A DNA stretch of 64,000 nucleotides from an uncultured Acidobacteriota bacterium (lineage in GTDB: Bacteria; Acidobacteriota; UBA6911). The translations under genes were made by a program, and so were the position numbers. Below are positions 20,285 through 30,516 of this stretch, piece by piece. The notes beneath the pieces were generated by a model. That model worked only from the letters and a program-made list of their open reading frames with translations, was not told where the DNA came from and ran no database searches. Position 1 is the first letter of the stretch. Every line of letters begins with the position of its first letter. The stretch spans positions 32,001 through 96,000 of the forward strand of contig CAWHCF010000032.1 in assembly GCA_963827655.1 (NCBI GenBank), written 5' to 3'.

Positions 20285-23119
20285 CTATGGACTCGAAGCT
20301 TTAACATTCACCCAGATGGGTGACGACCAGGCCAGCTGGCCATCCGCTTGCTGGACCCGGATGTAGTACCAGTTGCTACCCGCTGGGACTTTGGAATCCT
20401 CGTAGCTGATGTCCACGTTCTGCTTGCCTGGTTCGAAGGTGGTCAGATTTTCGTCGTTTCGACGTACGTCAATGCGTGCCACGTTACCGGTGCCGCGAAC
20501 CCGGATCGTCAGCCGCGGCTTTTCGCGGCTCTCGAACTCGTCGCCCATGAAATGCTCGCCGATGCGGAAATCGAGAACGATATTGTCGGTGGCGCCGTAG
20601 GTATGGCGCTTGCGAATGCCTTCCAGGACACCTTCCCGGCTGTTCTCCTTTACGTAAACCATGGCGTAAGAGATATGGGTCGACCCGTGATCGCTGGAAG
20701 TGATGGTCCCGAGACGATACCCCTTCTTCCAGGCGTTATTGACGAACCCGGCAGCCTCGTACCCGGCGCGGGTGTTGAGTTGCGCGTCTCTTTCAGCATC
20801 CGCAGCGCGGGGCGCGCCCACATACTCGTAGCTCGACCGGGCTCCTTGAAAGATTTCCACCACCGGCTCGAGCTGAGGATCATTGTCGCGCCAGTCGGTG
20901 CCCATGCGCGTTGCGCTGGTGTGAGAGATGGCGATCCCGCCGCTGCGTCTCAAGACTTCGTAGAGCAGCCTGGTGTCATCTTCGAGCAGCGCCCCGGTCC
21001 CAACTCCCGGACGTTCGCCCATCAAGCTCGCGCGGGTGAAGAAGGCTACGACCGGAATTCCGCGTCTGGCGTGAAAGATGTTTCGATGTCCGTTGGGATA
21101 GACCGCGCTGCGCTCGTAACCATAGAGCGAGACATACCGGTCCGGAAGGTGAAACATGTCCGTGGTTTTTTGCGTGTACCAGTAGGAGTAAAGATGGTCT
21201 CCCCCCGCGTTGTGATCCGTCACGGCGCCGAAATCCATTGCAGCGGCGTCGATCATGTATCGGTAAAAATCAAGGATAGAGCTATCCGTGGTTCCACCGT
21301 TGTCCCAGGAAAGCTCCGTATGCCGGTGCAGATCGCCTCGAACGACGCGTAACTCGTCGGCTCCGAGCCGGACGCGGGCTGCGCGCATGGCCTCGAGGTC
21401 CCCTTTTTCATCGGCATGCCCGCCGGCCAGCGCCGGCGCCGTTTCCGGGACCGGGTCGACCAGGCTCGGCTCTCGTGCCTGATTGAGCGGCTTGATAAAT
21501 CCCGCGTAGACTTGATTCACCACCGGTATATGAGAGTTTCCCCACCAGCGCCGGTTGTCTGTGGACCAGGCCAGCCAGATAGTTCCGGCTGCTCCTGCGG
21601 TGATGCTGGAGTGGCTGCTGACCCGGCCGAAACTGTCGGGGAGCTCCTGGGCGGGAGTCCAGCGATCTCCGTCATACTGCGTCACGTAACCCTGCCACAG
21701 CGATCGAGGCTGCGCGGCGCCTTCGATCCGGCGTTCCACGCGCCGCCGGAAGTGCGCCCAGATTCGCCCGTCCCGGTCCGAAGCCAGCTTCGGCCACTGC
21801 AAGAACTGTCGTTCGGCGGCCGGGAGCGCCTCTTCGATTCTAGCCGCAGGCTGCCGGACCTGATCTGCCACGTAACACCGCACCCGGACTTCTCGAGGGC
21901 CTCCCAGGACCGTTCCCGATTGGTTGCCGCGGATCGTGTATCCCTGGTCCTTTCCCCAGTGAGCCCCGCCTCGCTCCCACGCCACCCAGATTCTCCCGCC
22001 CTTGTCGAACGCGACGCTGGCATGAGCTTCAAAATAGGGGGACGCGGACACGGTGACTTCGTTCTTCCAGGTCCCTCTTTCGGCCTGGCGCAGGAATACG
22101 TCATAGTCGCCATTCCGATAGCTGTCCCACACGACCGCCACTCGTCCTTTCCCATCGGAGGCGACGGCAGGTTCCCAGTCATTGCCCCTGGATTCCGTTA
22201 CCGTGGAGGTTGCCTGCCAGCTTCCATTTTTCAGCGAACGAAGATAAATATTGAAGTCGCCGTCACGGTAGCCCTGCCAGGCCACGTGGATCTCGCCGGC
22301 GCTGTCGCCGGTCAGATGATGGTTGATGTCCGGGCCCGGCGCCTCGGTGAGCCGAACTCTTGGCGTCCAGGATTCTCCGTCGAGTGAGCGCGCGTACAGA
22401 TCCCAGTTGCCGCCGATCTGCTCCGACCATACCACCCAGACGCGGGACTTCCCGTCAACGGCGACTTGCGGTTTCCAGACATCTCCTTCTACTCCGGGCA
22501 CAGGAGTGAATGTCGCCCACCGGCCGTTCTGATAGCGGCGGATTCGAATCTCATCCATCTTGCCGCTGAAAGACGGCCAGACCGCCCAGGCGGTACCGTC
22601 CGCAGCTTCCGCGATCGACGGGAAATCTTCTTCGCGGGCATCACTGGTCAGTTTCGTGGAATCGGGAAGTCTTGTGATCTCGACGGCGCCGTCGAGTCTC
22701 TCGAGCCTGGAAGACGAGCGCAGCTCCGCTAGAGTAAAATCGAAGTTTCCGCGCAGAGTGGTGACTCGGAATCGCGATTGATCAGAGCCCAAACCGTAAA
22801 CCGTAATGCCGTTAGGAAGCCTGTCAGCGGACGCGGCTGGCGCGCTGGTGATCTTCCAACCGCCAACCCCTGCTGAATCTTGTTCCAGAAGGCGCAAGCC
22901 GTTTAAGGTGTCGATCCGGCCGTTCTCGATGCCAAGCGAGCCGTCCCAACTCGTCGGAGCCTGGTCTTTGTGTCCGAACGTGATGCGAAACGTGAAAGGA
23001 GCCGACGAACCCGCGCCGGCTTCCTGAGCTTTGATCAGTCCAGGACGAAACTCCCGCCAGAAGGAGATTCCCGCCAGGAAGGTAAGCAGAGGAAGAATCC
23101 AGAGAGACGATTTACGCAT
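20285..23119 (-). CDS. Secreted beta-propeller + PHP-like (DUF3604/CehA-like) metallohydrolase
   Basis: Repeated P.VA.D..G.VWVVW blades; GDLHRHTELS, TDH, GYE, GH, SH, SSDH, YGATDNI. Confidence 0.8.
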   Translation of the reverse strand: MRKSSLWILPLLTFLAGISFWREFRPGLIKAQEAGAGSSAPFTFRITFGHKDQAPTSWDGSLGIENGRIDTLNGLRLLEQDSAGVGGWKITSAPAASADRLPNGITVYGLGSDQSRFRVTTLRGNFDFTLAELRSSSRLERLDGAVEITRLPDSTKLTSDAREEDFPSIAEAADGTAWAVWPSFSGKMDEIRIRRYQNGRWATFTPVPGVEGDVWKPQVAVDGKSRVWVVWSEQIGGNWDLYARSLDGESWTPRVRLTEAPGPDINHHLTGDSAGEIHVAWQGYRDGDFNIYLRSLKNGSWQATSTVTESRGNDWEPAVASDGKGRVAVVWDSYRNGDYDVFLRQAERGTWKNEVTVSASPYFEAHASVAFDKGGRIWVAWERGGAHWGKDQGYTIRGNQSGTVLGGPREVRVRCYVADQVRQPAARIEEALPAAERQFLQWPKLASDRDGRIWAHFRRRVERRIEGAAQPRSLWQGYVTQYDGDRWTPAQELPDSFGRVSSHSSITAGAAGTIWLAWSTDNRRWWGNSHIPVVNQVYAGFIKPLNQAREPSLVDPVPETAPALAGGHADEKGDLEAMRAARVRLGADELRVVRGDLHRHTELSWDNGGTTDSSILDFYRYMIDAAAMDFGAVTDHNAGGDHLYSYWYTQKTTDMFHLPDRYVSLYGYERSAVYPNGHRNIFHARRGIPVVAFFTRASLMGERPGVGTGALLEDDTRLLYEVLRRSGGIAISHTSATRMGTDWRDNDPQLEPVVEIFQGARSSYEYVGAPRAADAERDAQLNTRAGYEAAGFVNNAWKKGYRLGTITSSDHGSTHISYAMVYVKENSREGVLEGIRKRHTYGATDNIVLDFRIGEHFMGDEFESREKPRLTIRVRGTGNVARIDVRRNDENLTTFEPGKQNVDISYEDSKVPAGSNWYYIRVQQADGQLAWSSPIWVNVKASSP

Positions 23120-23284
23120 GCCATTCGCTCCGCAGGCCGGGACAAAAGCCAGGGCTGAGTTTGAGGCGCATGTTAGTCGCAGGTTCTCCTCAGGACAAGT
23201 CTTGATTTCATGGCCACCGTCTCGGGGCTTGCCAGGGCGCCGACGAAAGAGACACCAAGAACCCGGACGATTTTGCTTTTGGAC

Positions 23285-23302
23285 AAATTGCATTGTACAA
23301 TT
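23285..23302. promoter_or_regulatory. Putative TA autorepression operator
   Basis: TTGTACAA perfect palindrome within aaattgcattgtacaatt, a few bp upstream of the antitoxin ATG. Confidence 0.5.
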
Positions 23303-23307
23303 CGCCC

Positions 23308-23617
23308 ATGCCCAGGAAAGAAATCAATTTCAGCCAGGCACGTGAGCAGTTTCGTGCGCTCGTCGAGGACGTGAAGCGCTCGGGACGCCCCGTCACCATC
23401 CTGCGTCGCGGCAAGCCCCAGGCGGTCTTGATCAGTTATGACCAGTTCCAGGAGAAGTTTTCAAAAAAGAAGAAGTCGCCATGGCGCCTCGCCGGCACCC
23501 TGCAAGTCAGTCCCCACGTCGACATCGACGAGGCAATCCGACGAGGTCCGAAAATCCGGCGGGGATTATTTGCAGGAGCGGATACGAAGCTACATTCGAG
23601 ACCTGAGTGAAGATTGA
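23308..23617 (+). CDS. Phd/YefM family antitoxin (probable C-terminal frameshift)
   Basis: INFSQAREQFRALVEDV...PVTILRRGKPQAVLIS; an alternate frame ends in TGATG coupled to the toxin ATG. Confidence 0.85.
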
Positions 23618-24009
23618 TGTATGTTACCGACACGCACGGTTTGGTATATCACAGTCGCGGTAAAGCTTCACAGCTTGGCATAAGAGCACGCCGTCTTTTC
23701 CAAAAAGCGGACTCCGGCAACTCTCTGATTTACGTTCCTACGATCGCCTTATGGGAAATTGCCGTGTTGGTCGCTCGCCGGTATCTGGATCTACCATATC
23801 ACTTCGATCATTGGTGTCGTAGCATTGAAAACAGCGCGGGCTTTGCCATTATGCCGCTGGACTGGTTGGACGTCGAGGAAGCGAGAAAGCTCCCCTTTGC
23901 AGATCCGTACGACTGCTTGATCGCAGGTACGGCGATCAGGCTGAATATGCCTCTGATCACCAGGGATCACGTCATAGTCGATTCCAAGCTGGTCGAGACG
24001 GTCTGGTAA
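23617..24009 (+). CDS. vapC: PIN-domain VapC toxin
   Basis: YVTDTH, PTIALWEI, DPYDCLIAGTA, LITRD acidic catalytic set. Confidence 0.9.
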   Translation: MYVTDTHGLVYHSRGKASQLGIRARRLFQKADSGNSLIYVPTIALWEIAVLVARRYLDLPYHFDHWCRSIENSAGFAIMPLDWLDVEEARKLPFADPYDCLIAGTAIRLNMPLITRDHVIVDSKLVETVW

Positions 24010-24022
24010 GCTCCCATGGCGT

Positions 24023-24069
24023 CAAGCTACCGCACTCCAGGGGCGCGCTTTGGAGTGCGCAAGCTTGCT
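24023..24069. repeat. REP-like hairpin (GCACTCCA/TGGAGTGC family)
   Basis: caagctaccgcactcca...tggagtgcgcaagcttgct; the right arm is the exact 22-bp reverse complement of 61718-61739; related sequence at 7665-7703. Confidence 0.75.
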
Positions 24070-24281
24070 GCCGCGGTCGCCGACGGGACAGAAGGCCGTC
24101 GGCAGCATGACGCTCGGGAGCGCGAAACCACGCTGGATGTGGCAGAGCTGAATTTCGAGACAGTCTCTGATTACCGCGTGCCCGTTTTTATTGGTGCGGG
24201 CGAGCCGGAGGATCTCGAGTAACAGGAGCGCTCATTTTGTCTAAACAAGGCAGCTGTCACGGATTATTGTCGGGAGCCTGA

Positions 24282-25544
24282 ATGAAGACCATCCTGGTGT
24301 TGTTTCCGAATGATTGGGACCGGGCTGAATTCGGCCGGAGTAAGTACGAGGGAAAGTACAGGTTCGTCTTTTATGGAGACGACCTTTTCAAGTTACCCGG
24401 CGTCCTGAAACTCCTCAGTCTGAATATCCACGCGGTCATCGATGAGATTGTCTTGAAGTGCAGGAACGAAAGAATCGACGGCGTTCTTTCGACGGACGAG
24501 TATATCGGCGTGATTCTGGCGGCAGTGGTGGCGAAGCGACTGGGACTTCCGGGCCCCGAGCCGAAGAGAATTCTTGTCGCTCAGCATAAGTTCTACGCCC
24601 GGAAGATTCAGAGGCGCGTGGTTCCTTCGGCGACGCCCCGTTTCACGCTGATACCCCATCATACGAAGATCAACCTGCCTCTTTCTTTTCCCATTTTTGT
24701 GAAGCCGGTCAAGGGAACCTACTCTATCCTGGCGCGGCGTGTGGAGGACTTCGACGATCTGCGAAGTTATCTCCGGATCGGGCTGCTCGAGAGATTTCTG
24801 TACAGGAAGGTGACTCGCCCCTTTAATGACCTCTTGCGCTCATACACTTCATGCCAGACCGACGCGAATCATTTCCTGGGCGAAGAGGTCATCGCCGGCA
24901 TGCAGGTTACTGTCGACGGCTATGCCTATCGGGGAAAGATTGAGATCCTGGGGATCGTAGATTCCGTCATGTACCCCAGGACCGGCGCTTTCGAGAGATT
25001 CGAATATCCTTCCAGGCTGGGCTCCGGGGTTCAAGAACGGCTTGCCGCCCTGGCTCGATCCTTCATCAGAGGAATGAAATTCGAATACGGGTTGTTCAAC
25101 ATAGAGATGTTCTATAACCCGGAAACGGGCGACGCCAAGATCATCGAAATCAATCCGCGCATTTCCTACCAGTTCGCAGACTTGTATGAAAAAGTCGACG
25201 GGTTCAACATGTACGACCTTTTGATCTCGCTGGCCCTGGGCGAAAGTCCCTCGTTCAGAAGAGGCAAGGGGGACTATCGAAATTCAGCAAGTTTTGTCTT
25301 GAGGACATTCCGGGGCAGGAGGCTCCAGGCCAGTCCCGATCGAGAACACGTTCAGCGGCTGCGCCGGCAGTTTGAGGATGCCAGATTGATGCTTTACGGG
25401 CAAAGGGGGTGCAGCTTCGCCCGTGAGATGCGCATGGTGGGTAGCTTCAGGTACGCTGTCATAAACATGGGCGCCGCGAGCCCTCAGGATCTTTTTCGTC
25501 GATTCAAATCCGCCCGCGACCAGCTTCCGTTCCACTTTGTCTGA
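24282..25544 (+). CDS. ATP-grasp domain protein
   Basis: FPIFVKPVKG, EEVIAG.QVTVDG, FNIEMF, IIEINPR. Confidence 0.88.
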   Translation: MKTILVLFPNDWDRAEFGRSKYEGKYRFVFYGDDLFKLPGVLKLLSLNIHAVIDEIVLKCRNERIDGVLSTDEYIGVILAAVVAKRLGLPGPEPKRILVAQHKFYARKIQRRVVPSATPRFTLIPHHTKINLPLSFPIFVKPVKGTYSILARRVEDFDDLRSYLRIGLLERFLYRKVTRPFNDLLRSYTSCQTDANHFLGEEVIAGMQVTVDGYAYRGKIEILGIVDSVMYPRTGAFERFEYPSRLGSGVQERLAALARSFIRGMKFEYGLFNIEMFYNPETGDAKIIEINPRISYQFADLYEKVDGFNMYDLLISLALGESPSFRRGKGDYRNSASFVLRTFRGRRLQASPDREHVQRLRRQFEDARLMLYGQRGCSFAREMRMVGSFRYAVINMGAASPQDLFRRFKSARDQLPFHFV

Positions 25545-25613
25545 AAAGAGGGAGGTCCCACACGTTCACCTGATTTCACGCGGACGGAGGGTAATGCTTT
25601 TCCTGGAGGATCA

Positions 25614-26109
25614 GTGAGAGAGCTTGAAAGAATCGGAGATCAACTCAGACGATCGTTCGACGGAGACGCGTTCTATGGGCCTTCGCTCTGGGAGCTGGTC
25701 AGAGATATCACGGCTGAGAAAGCTGCCGCCAGTCCGCTGGCCGGCACGCACAGCATTTGGGAAATCATTCTTCACGTCGCGGCGTGGGAAGGCGCCGTGC
25801 GATCGAGAATCGAGGGGGGACGGGTCGAACTTCCCGCAGAGGGAGATTGGCCTGCGATCGCCGACTCCAGTAGCGCGGAATGGAGCAAGAGCCTGGCTGC
25901 CCTTGAGCTCGGTCACAAGAGACTGCTTCAAGCTGTCGCAAGAACTCACTGATGACCGGCTGGACGAGCTTCTCGGAACTGAGCGGGATCGGCCTACCGG
26001 CGCGGGCGTATCCGTCTATGTCACGCTGCATGGCATCGCGCAGCATAATGTCTACCATAGCGGCCAGATTGCGCTCCTTCGCAGTCGCGCGGAGCTCGCG
26101 CATGAGTAG
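25614..26109 (+). CDS. DinB family protein; frameshift near 25945
   Basis: HSIWEIILHVAAWE in the first frame; LHGIAQHNVYHSGQIALLR in the second. Confidence 0.85.
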
Positions 26110-27214
26110 CTTTCGTCCTGTGAGCGGCCCGCCTCCGAAGATCTTCCTCAGCTATCGGCGAGACGATGCCGGCGCCCTCGCCCGAGTCTTCTACGAAGCG
26201 CTCGACCAGCGGTTCCCGGGGCGTGTCTTCCTCGACGTCGCCGAGGTCGAGCCCGGTGTCGACTTCGTCTCCGCAATCGACACCTCGATGCGCGAGTCGG
26301 GCGCGTGCGTCGCCTTGATCGGGCCGAAGTGGATGGCGGTTGACGCTACGGGCCGCGCGCGCCTGCAGGACGAACGCGACTACGTCCGGCGCGAGATCGC
26401 GGCCGCCCTCGAACGGAAGATCCTGATAATCCCGGTCGAGCTGCCGGGAGCGACGATGCCGCGCGCGAGCGATCTTCCTGCCGACATCGCGGGGCTGGCG
26501 AGGCTCAACGCGTTAGAGATATTCGAATCCAAATTCGCGGACGGCGTTCAGGGGCTGGTGGAGCTGATCGAGCGCCACTTCGGAGAAGACCGGGATCGAG
26601 TGCGGCTCTCCGGCATGCTCTCGAACCAGGGTTGGACCGTATACATCGACATCCAGGACCTCGACGTGCAAGAGATCGCCTACCGCGTCGACGGCAAGGG
26701 AACGTTCCGGAGCACGGGGTTCGAGACCACTCGCGATCGCGCCACCGGTCGAGCGCAGGCCCGCCGCCATTTCTCGCTCCCGGCGTCCGCTCGTCGTCAC
26801 GACGTGGAAATCCGATACACCGACCTGCGCGGTCGCGAGCACGGGCCGTTTGTGGTTGGGTTCGACGCGCAAGCGGAGCTGGTGCGCTCGACGCGCTCGA
26901 TTCTGGAGATGACGCCGCAGTGGATTTCGTTCGCCGAGGGCGGCGAGGAGGGCAAGGTGGTCGTCTACTTTTCACACCTGCTGTCCTACAAGGCCGCGCT
27001 GCAGGAGATCCGCTTCTCCGTCGACGATGATGCGCTCGACCGAACGCTGCGGTTCGTCCGCAGCACCGAGGACCCGACGCACGGGATCGACCAGGCCGAT
27101 GAGATGATGGTCGAGGTCCCGAGAGGGACGAGAAGTGTCTGGGTCCGCCTGACCTACGCCGACGGCACACGCAGCGAGGCCGTCGAGTTCGAGCTGCCGA
27201 CGAAGCCGAACTGA
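26102..27214 (+). CDS. TIR-domain protein with two C-terminal beta-sandwich-like repeats
   Basis: KIFLSYRRDD, VFLDV, PGVDF, LIGPKW, DYVRREIAAAL (catalytic Glu position), IIPV; ATG overlaps the DinB 3' end. Confidence 0.88.
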   Translation: MSSFRPVSGPPPKIFLSYRRDDAGALARVFYEALDQRFPGRVFLDVAEVEPGVDFVSAIDTSMRESGACVALIGPKWMAVDATGRARLQDERDYVRREIAAALERKILIIPVELPGATMPRASDLPADIAGLARLNALEIFESKFADGVQGLVELIERHFGEDRDRVRLSGMLSNQGWTVYIDIQDLDVQEIAYRVDGKGTFRSTGFETTRDRATGRAQARRHFSLPASARRHDVEIRYTDLRGREHGPFVVGFDAQAELVRSTRSILEMTPQWISFAEGGEEGKVVVYFSHLLSYKAALQEIRFSVDDDALDRTLRFVRSTEDPTHGIDQADEMMVEVPRGTRSVWVRLTYADGTRSEAVEFELPTKPN

Positions 27215-27306
27215 GACTCGGCATCCTCGTTCGCGGCGGCGACTCCGCCATCGCTGGCCGGTCGCGAAAACCTCAACTCGTACTTGCGGTTGCTATCGGA
27301 GTGAAA

Positions 27307-27615
27307 TCACCTTCCTATAACTTCCACTTTTTCTGCTCCGATACCCGACAATTCATCTTTCGAAAGCCAACCCTCCGATACTAACCGAGAGAAGACCCAC
27401 ATTAATACGGAGTAGCGATAGTCGTACTTCTGATCGATCTTGCGTCGTTTCTCGGACAAAAAGTCGTGCAGCTGCCAAACCGCGCGATCCTCTCGCGAGT
27501 TCTGCAAGATAGCTTCAGCTTCTTGCCTTATCGATTTCATTTCGCGAGCGAGCGCAAGATCAAACGCAGCGCGGGCAGCTTTTTTCTCGGCTGGCGACCA
27601 AGTGAATTCACGCAT
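27307..27615 (-). CDS. Fluorescence recovery protein-like (FRP-like) protein
   Basis: WS.AEK..A...F..A..RE and WQLHDFLSEKRRKIDQKYDYRYSVL..VF..L..EG match the cyanobacterial FRP pattern as I recall it (W.LHDFLS.KR..ID.KYD.R.S). Confidence 0.8.
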   Translation of the reverse strand: MREFTWSPAEKKAARAAFDLALAREMKSIRQEAEAILQNSREDRAVWQLHDFLSEKRRKIDQKYDYRYSVLMWVFSRLVSEGWLSKDELSGIGAEKVEVIGR

Positions 27616-27863
27616 AAGACAATACCTGCTCTTTCTTCTGGGGCAACAGTTAACGATTGAATCGTCTAACGCTCGGCATCAGCGGCGGCGCGGTGGGCCG
27701 TCCTCGTGAACCAGCCGCCAGAGCGATTCTGTGGCGACAGTAGTGTCGGTTGCGAACCTGAAGAACCTCGCACCGTTCGAGGAAAGACGGGGAGTATCAG
27801 CCACGCCGGTAGACTACTGGCAGCAGGAAATGTACAACGAAGTATTTCTAAATTGTAAAGGAT

Positions 27864-30500
27864 TCACTCCGCGCGCAGGGCGCTCATGGGATCGATCGAG
27901 GCCGCGCGCCGCGCCGGCAGGTAGCAGGCGAGCCAGGCGGTGGCGGCCAGGACCAGCGAGACGCCCGCGAACGTGAGCGGATCGGTCGGCTCGACCCCGT
28001 ACAGCAGGCCGCGCAGCATGTGGGTCACGGCCAGCGATCCGGCCACCCCCAGTGCGAGGCCCGCCGCCACGCGGGTCATGCCCTGCACGATGACCATGCG
28101 CAGCACGCGGGCCGGCGTGGCTCCCAGAGCTATGCGAATCCCGATTTCCTGCGTGCGCTGGTTGACTACGAGTGCCATCACACCTGCGATACCGGCTGCC
28201 GTGATGACCAGAGCGACGCCGGCGAACAATCCGATGAGCACGGTCGTGAGCCGCTTGGGGGCGAGCGACTCGGTGCGCAGGCGCTCCAGAGTCTGCAGGT
28301 CGAAGACCGCCTGTTCGGGGTCGACTGAATAGACTGCCTGGCGCACATCGCGCGCCAGGCTCAGCGGATCTGCGCTTGTGCGCACCAGCAGGTGAGAAAT
28401 ACCCGGGTTCTGGGCGAACGGGAGGTAGACCTCGTCCCTGGGCTCGGTATCGAGTCCATACTGCCGGACGTCCCCGGCCACGCCGACGATGGTAAACCAC
28501 GTGCGCCCCCCGTCGCGCGTGATGCGCCGGCCGATGGGATCCTCGTCACCCCAGAAGTGCCGGGCCATTCGCTGGTTGATGATGGCCGCGGGCGGCGCCT
28601 CGGACCGGTCGGATTCGGCGAACGGGCGTCCGCGCGCCATGGGTTGGCCGATGGTCTCGAAGTAGTCGGTGCTGACAATGCGCGAATCCACGCGGGGCGC
28701 GGGCTGGCCGGGCGGGAGGAGGCGGCCTTCGATCTGGACCGGTCCCCCGAAGCCGAATGTGTTCTGCAGCGGAATGCGCACCGCCAGTGCGGCAGAGGTG
28801 ACGCCCGGCATAGTCCGGAGCCTTTGGAGCAGCGCCTGGCCGAAGTTCAAGCGGCGCTGCTGGTCACCGTAGCGCGAAAAATTCAGGTTGATGCGCATCG
28901 TCAGGACCCGGTCAGCGTTGAAGCCCGGGTGGACCCGGCTGAGCGCAAGCAGGCTGCGCACCATCAGCCCCGCTCCGATCACCAACACGAACGAGATCGC
29001 CACCTGAGCCACAACCAGAACGCTGCGCGCGCGGGCGCTGCCGGCGCTGGAGCCCGCTCGCGAGCTCCCCTGGCCCAGCGCGATCGCGAGGTCTCGCCGG
29101 GTCGAAAGCGCAGGAATGATGCCGAAGGCCAGCCCGGTTACCACCGACGCAATCAGTGTGAACCAAAGCACGGATGAATCGATAGCTACCTCCGCTGCGC
29201 GCGGAGTGAAGCGCGCGGCGAACTTCACCAGCAGGTTCAAAGAGCCCGCGGCCAGGAGCAAGCCGGCCGCGCCGCCGGCGAGAGCCAGTATCATGCTCTC
29301 CGTCACCATCTGCCGGATCAGCCGGCCGCGGCTCGCGCCTATCGCGGCGCGCACCGCCATTTCCCGCTCGCGCGCCAGCACTCGCGCCAGCATCAGGTTG
29401 GCCACGTTGGCGCAGGCGATCAGCAGCACCAGGCCCGCCGTTCCCAGCAGGATCAGAAAGGTGAGGCGGGCGTTTTGCGTCAGCTCTTCCTTCAGCGGCG
29501 TAGCGCGAATGGCGAAGCCGCCGCCGGCCGGATAGGCTTCGGGGTATTGCGCCGCCATGCGCGCCGCCGCGGTCGAAAGGTCCGCCTGTGCCTGCGGGAG
29601 TTGCGCTTCGGGGCGCAGGCGACCGAAGACGCTGACCAGCCGGAAAGTTCGTTGCTCGATGTTGCGCGGATTCGACCGGAACGGGCAGGCCGGTACCGCC
29701 ATATACACGTCGTTTTCCTGCGGGAACTGCGGCACCGGCGGCAGGACGCCGATAACCATGTGGCTGCGATCGTTCATCTTGAAAACGCGGCCGACGATGT
29801 TCCGGTCGCCGCCGTGGCTGCGCTGCCAGTAGTCGTAGCTCAGCACGAGGACCGGCTCTGCGCCCGTATGTTCCTCGTGGGGAAGGAAGGTTCTGCCTAG
29901 CAGCGGTTTGACCCCCAGCACATCGAAGAAGTTCGCCGAAACCACACCGGTCTGGACCTGCTCGGGTTCGTCACGCCCCAGAAGAATGAAAGACATCGAG
30001 TGATATTCCACCAGGTCGCTGAGGGTCTGGTTCTGCCGGCGGTAGTCTGCCAGCTCGTTGGGCGAGAATCCCAGAGAATCGATGCCGGCCTTCGGCGCCT
30101 GCTGCCGGAGAAAAACCAGCTGCCGGTCGTTAGCGTAAGGGAGTGGTTGCAGCAAGGCGCCGTTGACCAGGCTGAAAACGGCCGTGTTAGCCCCGATGCC
30201 GAACGCCAGAACCAGGGCGGCGACGGACGTGAAGGCCGGGTTGCGGCGCATCATGCGCACGGCATAGCCGGCGTCCTGGCGCAACATGTCCCAGTGCTCG
30301 CGCGGTCCGATGCGGAGCGCGCCCGCCAGCGTGGAACCCCATAGCCGGAGCAAACCGATTTTTCCTTTGAGCTCGGCTTCGCGCCGCTGGTCGCGGAAGA
30401 CTTCCTCCATTTCGGAGCCGAAGTCGCCGCGGAAGTCGGCGGGAAAGAGGCTGAGCAGCGCCCGGTAGAGCCGGTCTGAAAAGGGGAATCTAGGGGGCAT
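27864..30500 (-). CDS. Duplicated MacB/FtsX-type ABC permease (acidobacterial ADOP family)
   Basis: QDAGYAVR...GIGANTAVFS, LLIACANVANL, R.REMAVR.AIGA, QRTQEIGIRIALGA, PARRAASIDPM.ALRAE. Confidence 0.92.
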   Translation of the reverse strand: MPPRFPFSDRLYRALLSLFPADFRGDFGSEMEEVFRDQRREAELKGKIGLLRLWGSTLAGALRIGPREHWDMLRQDAGYAVRMMRRNPAFTSVAALVLAFGIGANTAVFSLVNGALLQPLPYANDRQLVFLRQQAPKAGIDSLGFSPNELADYRRQNQTLSDLVEYHSMSFILLGRDEPEQVQTGVVSANFFDVLGVKPLLGRTFLPHEEHTGAEPVLVLSYDYWQRSHGGDRNIVGRVFKMNDRSHMVIGVLPPVPQFPQENDVYMAVPACPFRSNPRNIEQRTFRLVSVFGRLRPEAQLPQAQADLSTAAARMAAQYPEAYPAGGGFAIRATPLKEELTQNARLTFLILLGTAGLVLLIACANVANLMLARVLAREREMAVRAAIGASRGRLIRQMVTESMILALAGGAAGLLLAAGSLNLLVKFAARFTPRAAEVAIDSSVLWFTLIASVVTGLAFGIIPALSTRRDLAIALGQGSSRAGSSAGSARARSVLVVAQVAISFVLVIGAGLMVRSLLALSRVHPGFNADRVLTMRINLNFSRYGDQQRRLNFGQALLQRLRTMPGVTSAALAVRIPLQNTFGFGGPVQIEGRLLPPGQPAPRVDSRIVSTDYFETIGQPMARGRPFAESDRSEAPPAAIINQRMARHFWGDEDPIGRRITRDGGRTWFTIVGVAGDVRQYGLDTEPRDEVYLPFAQNPGISHLLVRTSADPLSLARDVRQAVYSVDPEQAVFDLQTLERLRTESLAPKRLTTVLIGLFAGVALVITAAGIAGVMALVVNQRTQEIGIRIALGATPARVLRMVIVQGMTRVAAGLALGVAGSLAVTHMLRGLLYGVEPTDPLTFAGVSLVLAATAWLACYLPARRAASIDPMSALRAE

Positions 30501-30516
30501 GGAAGTCTCCGTTCTC

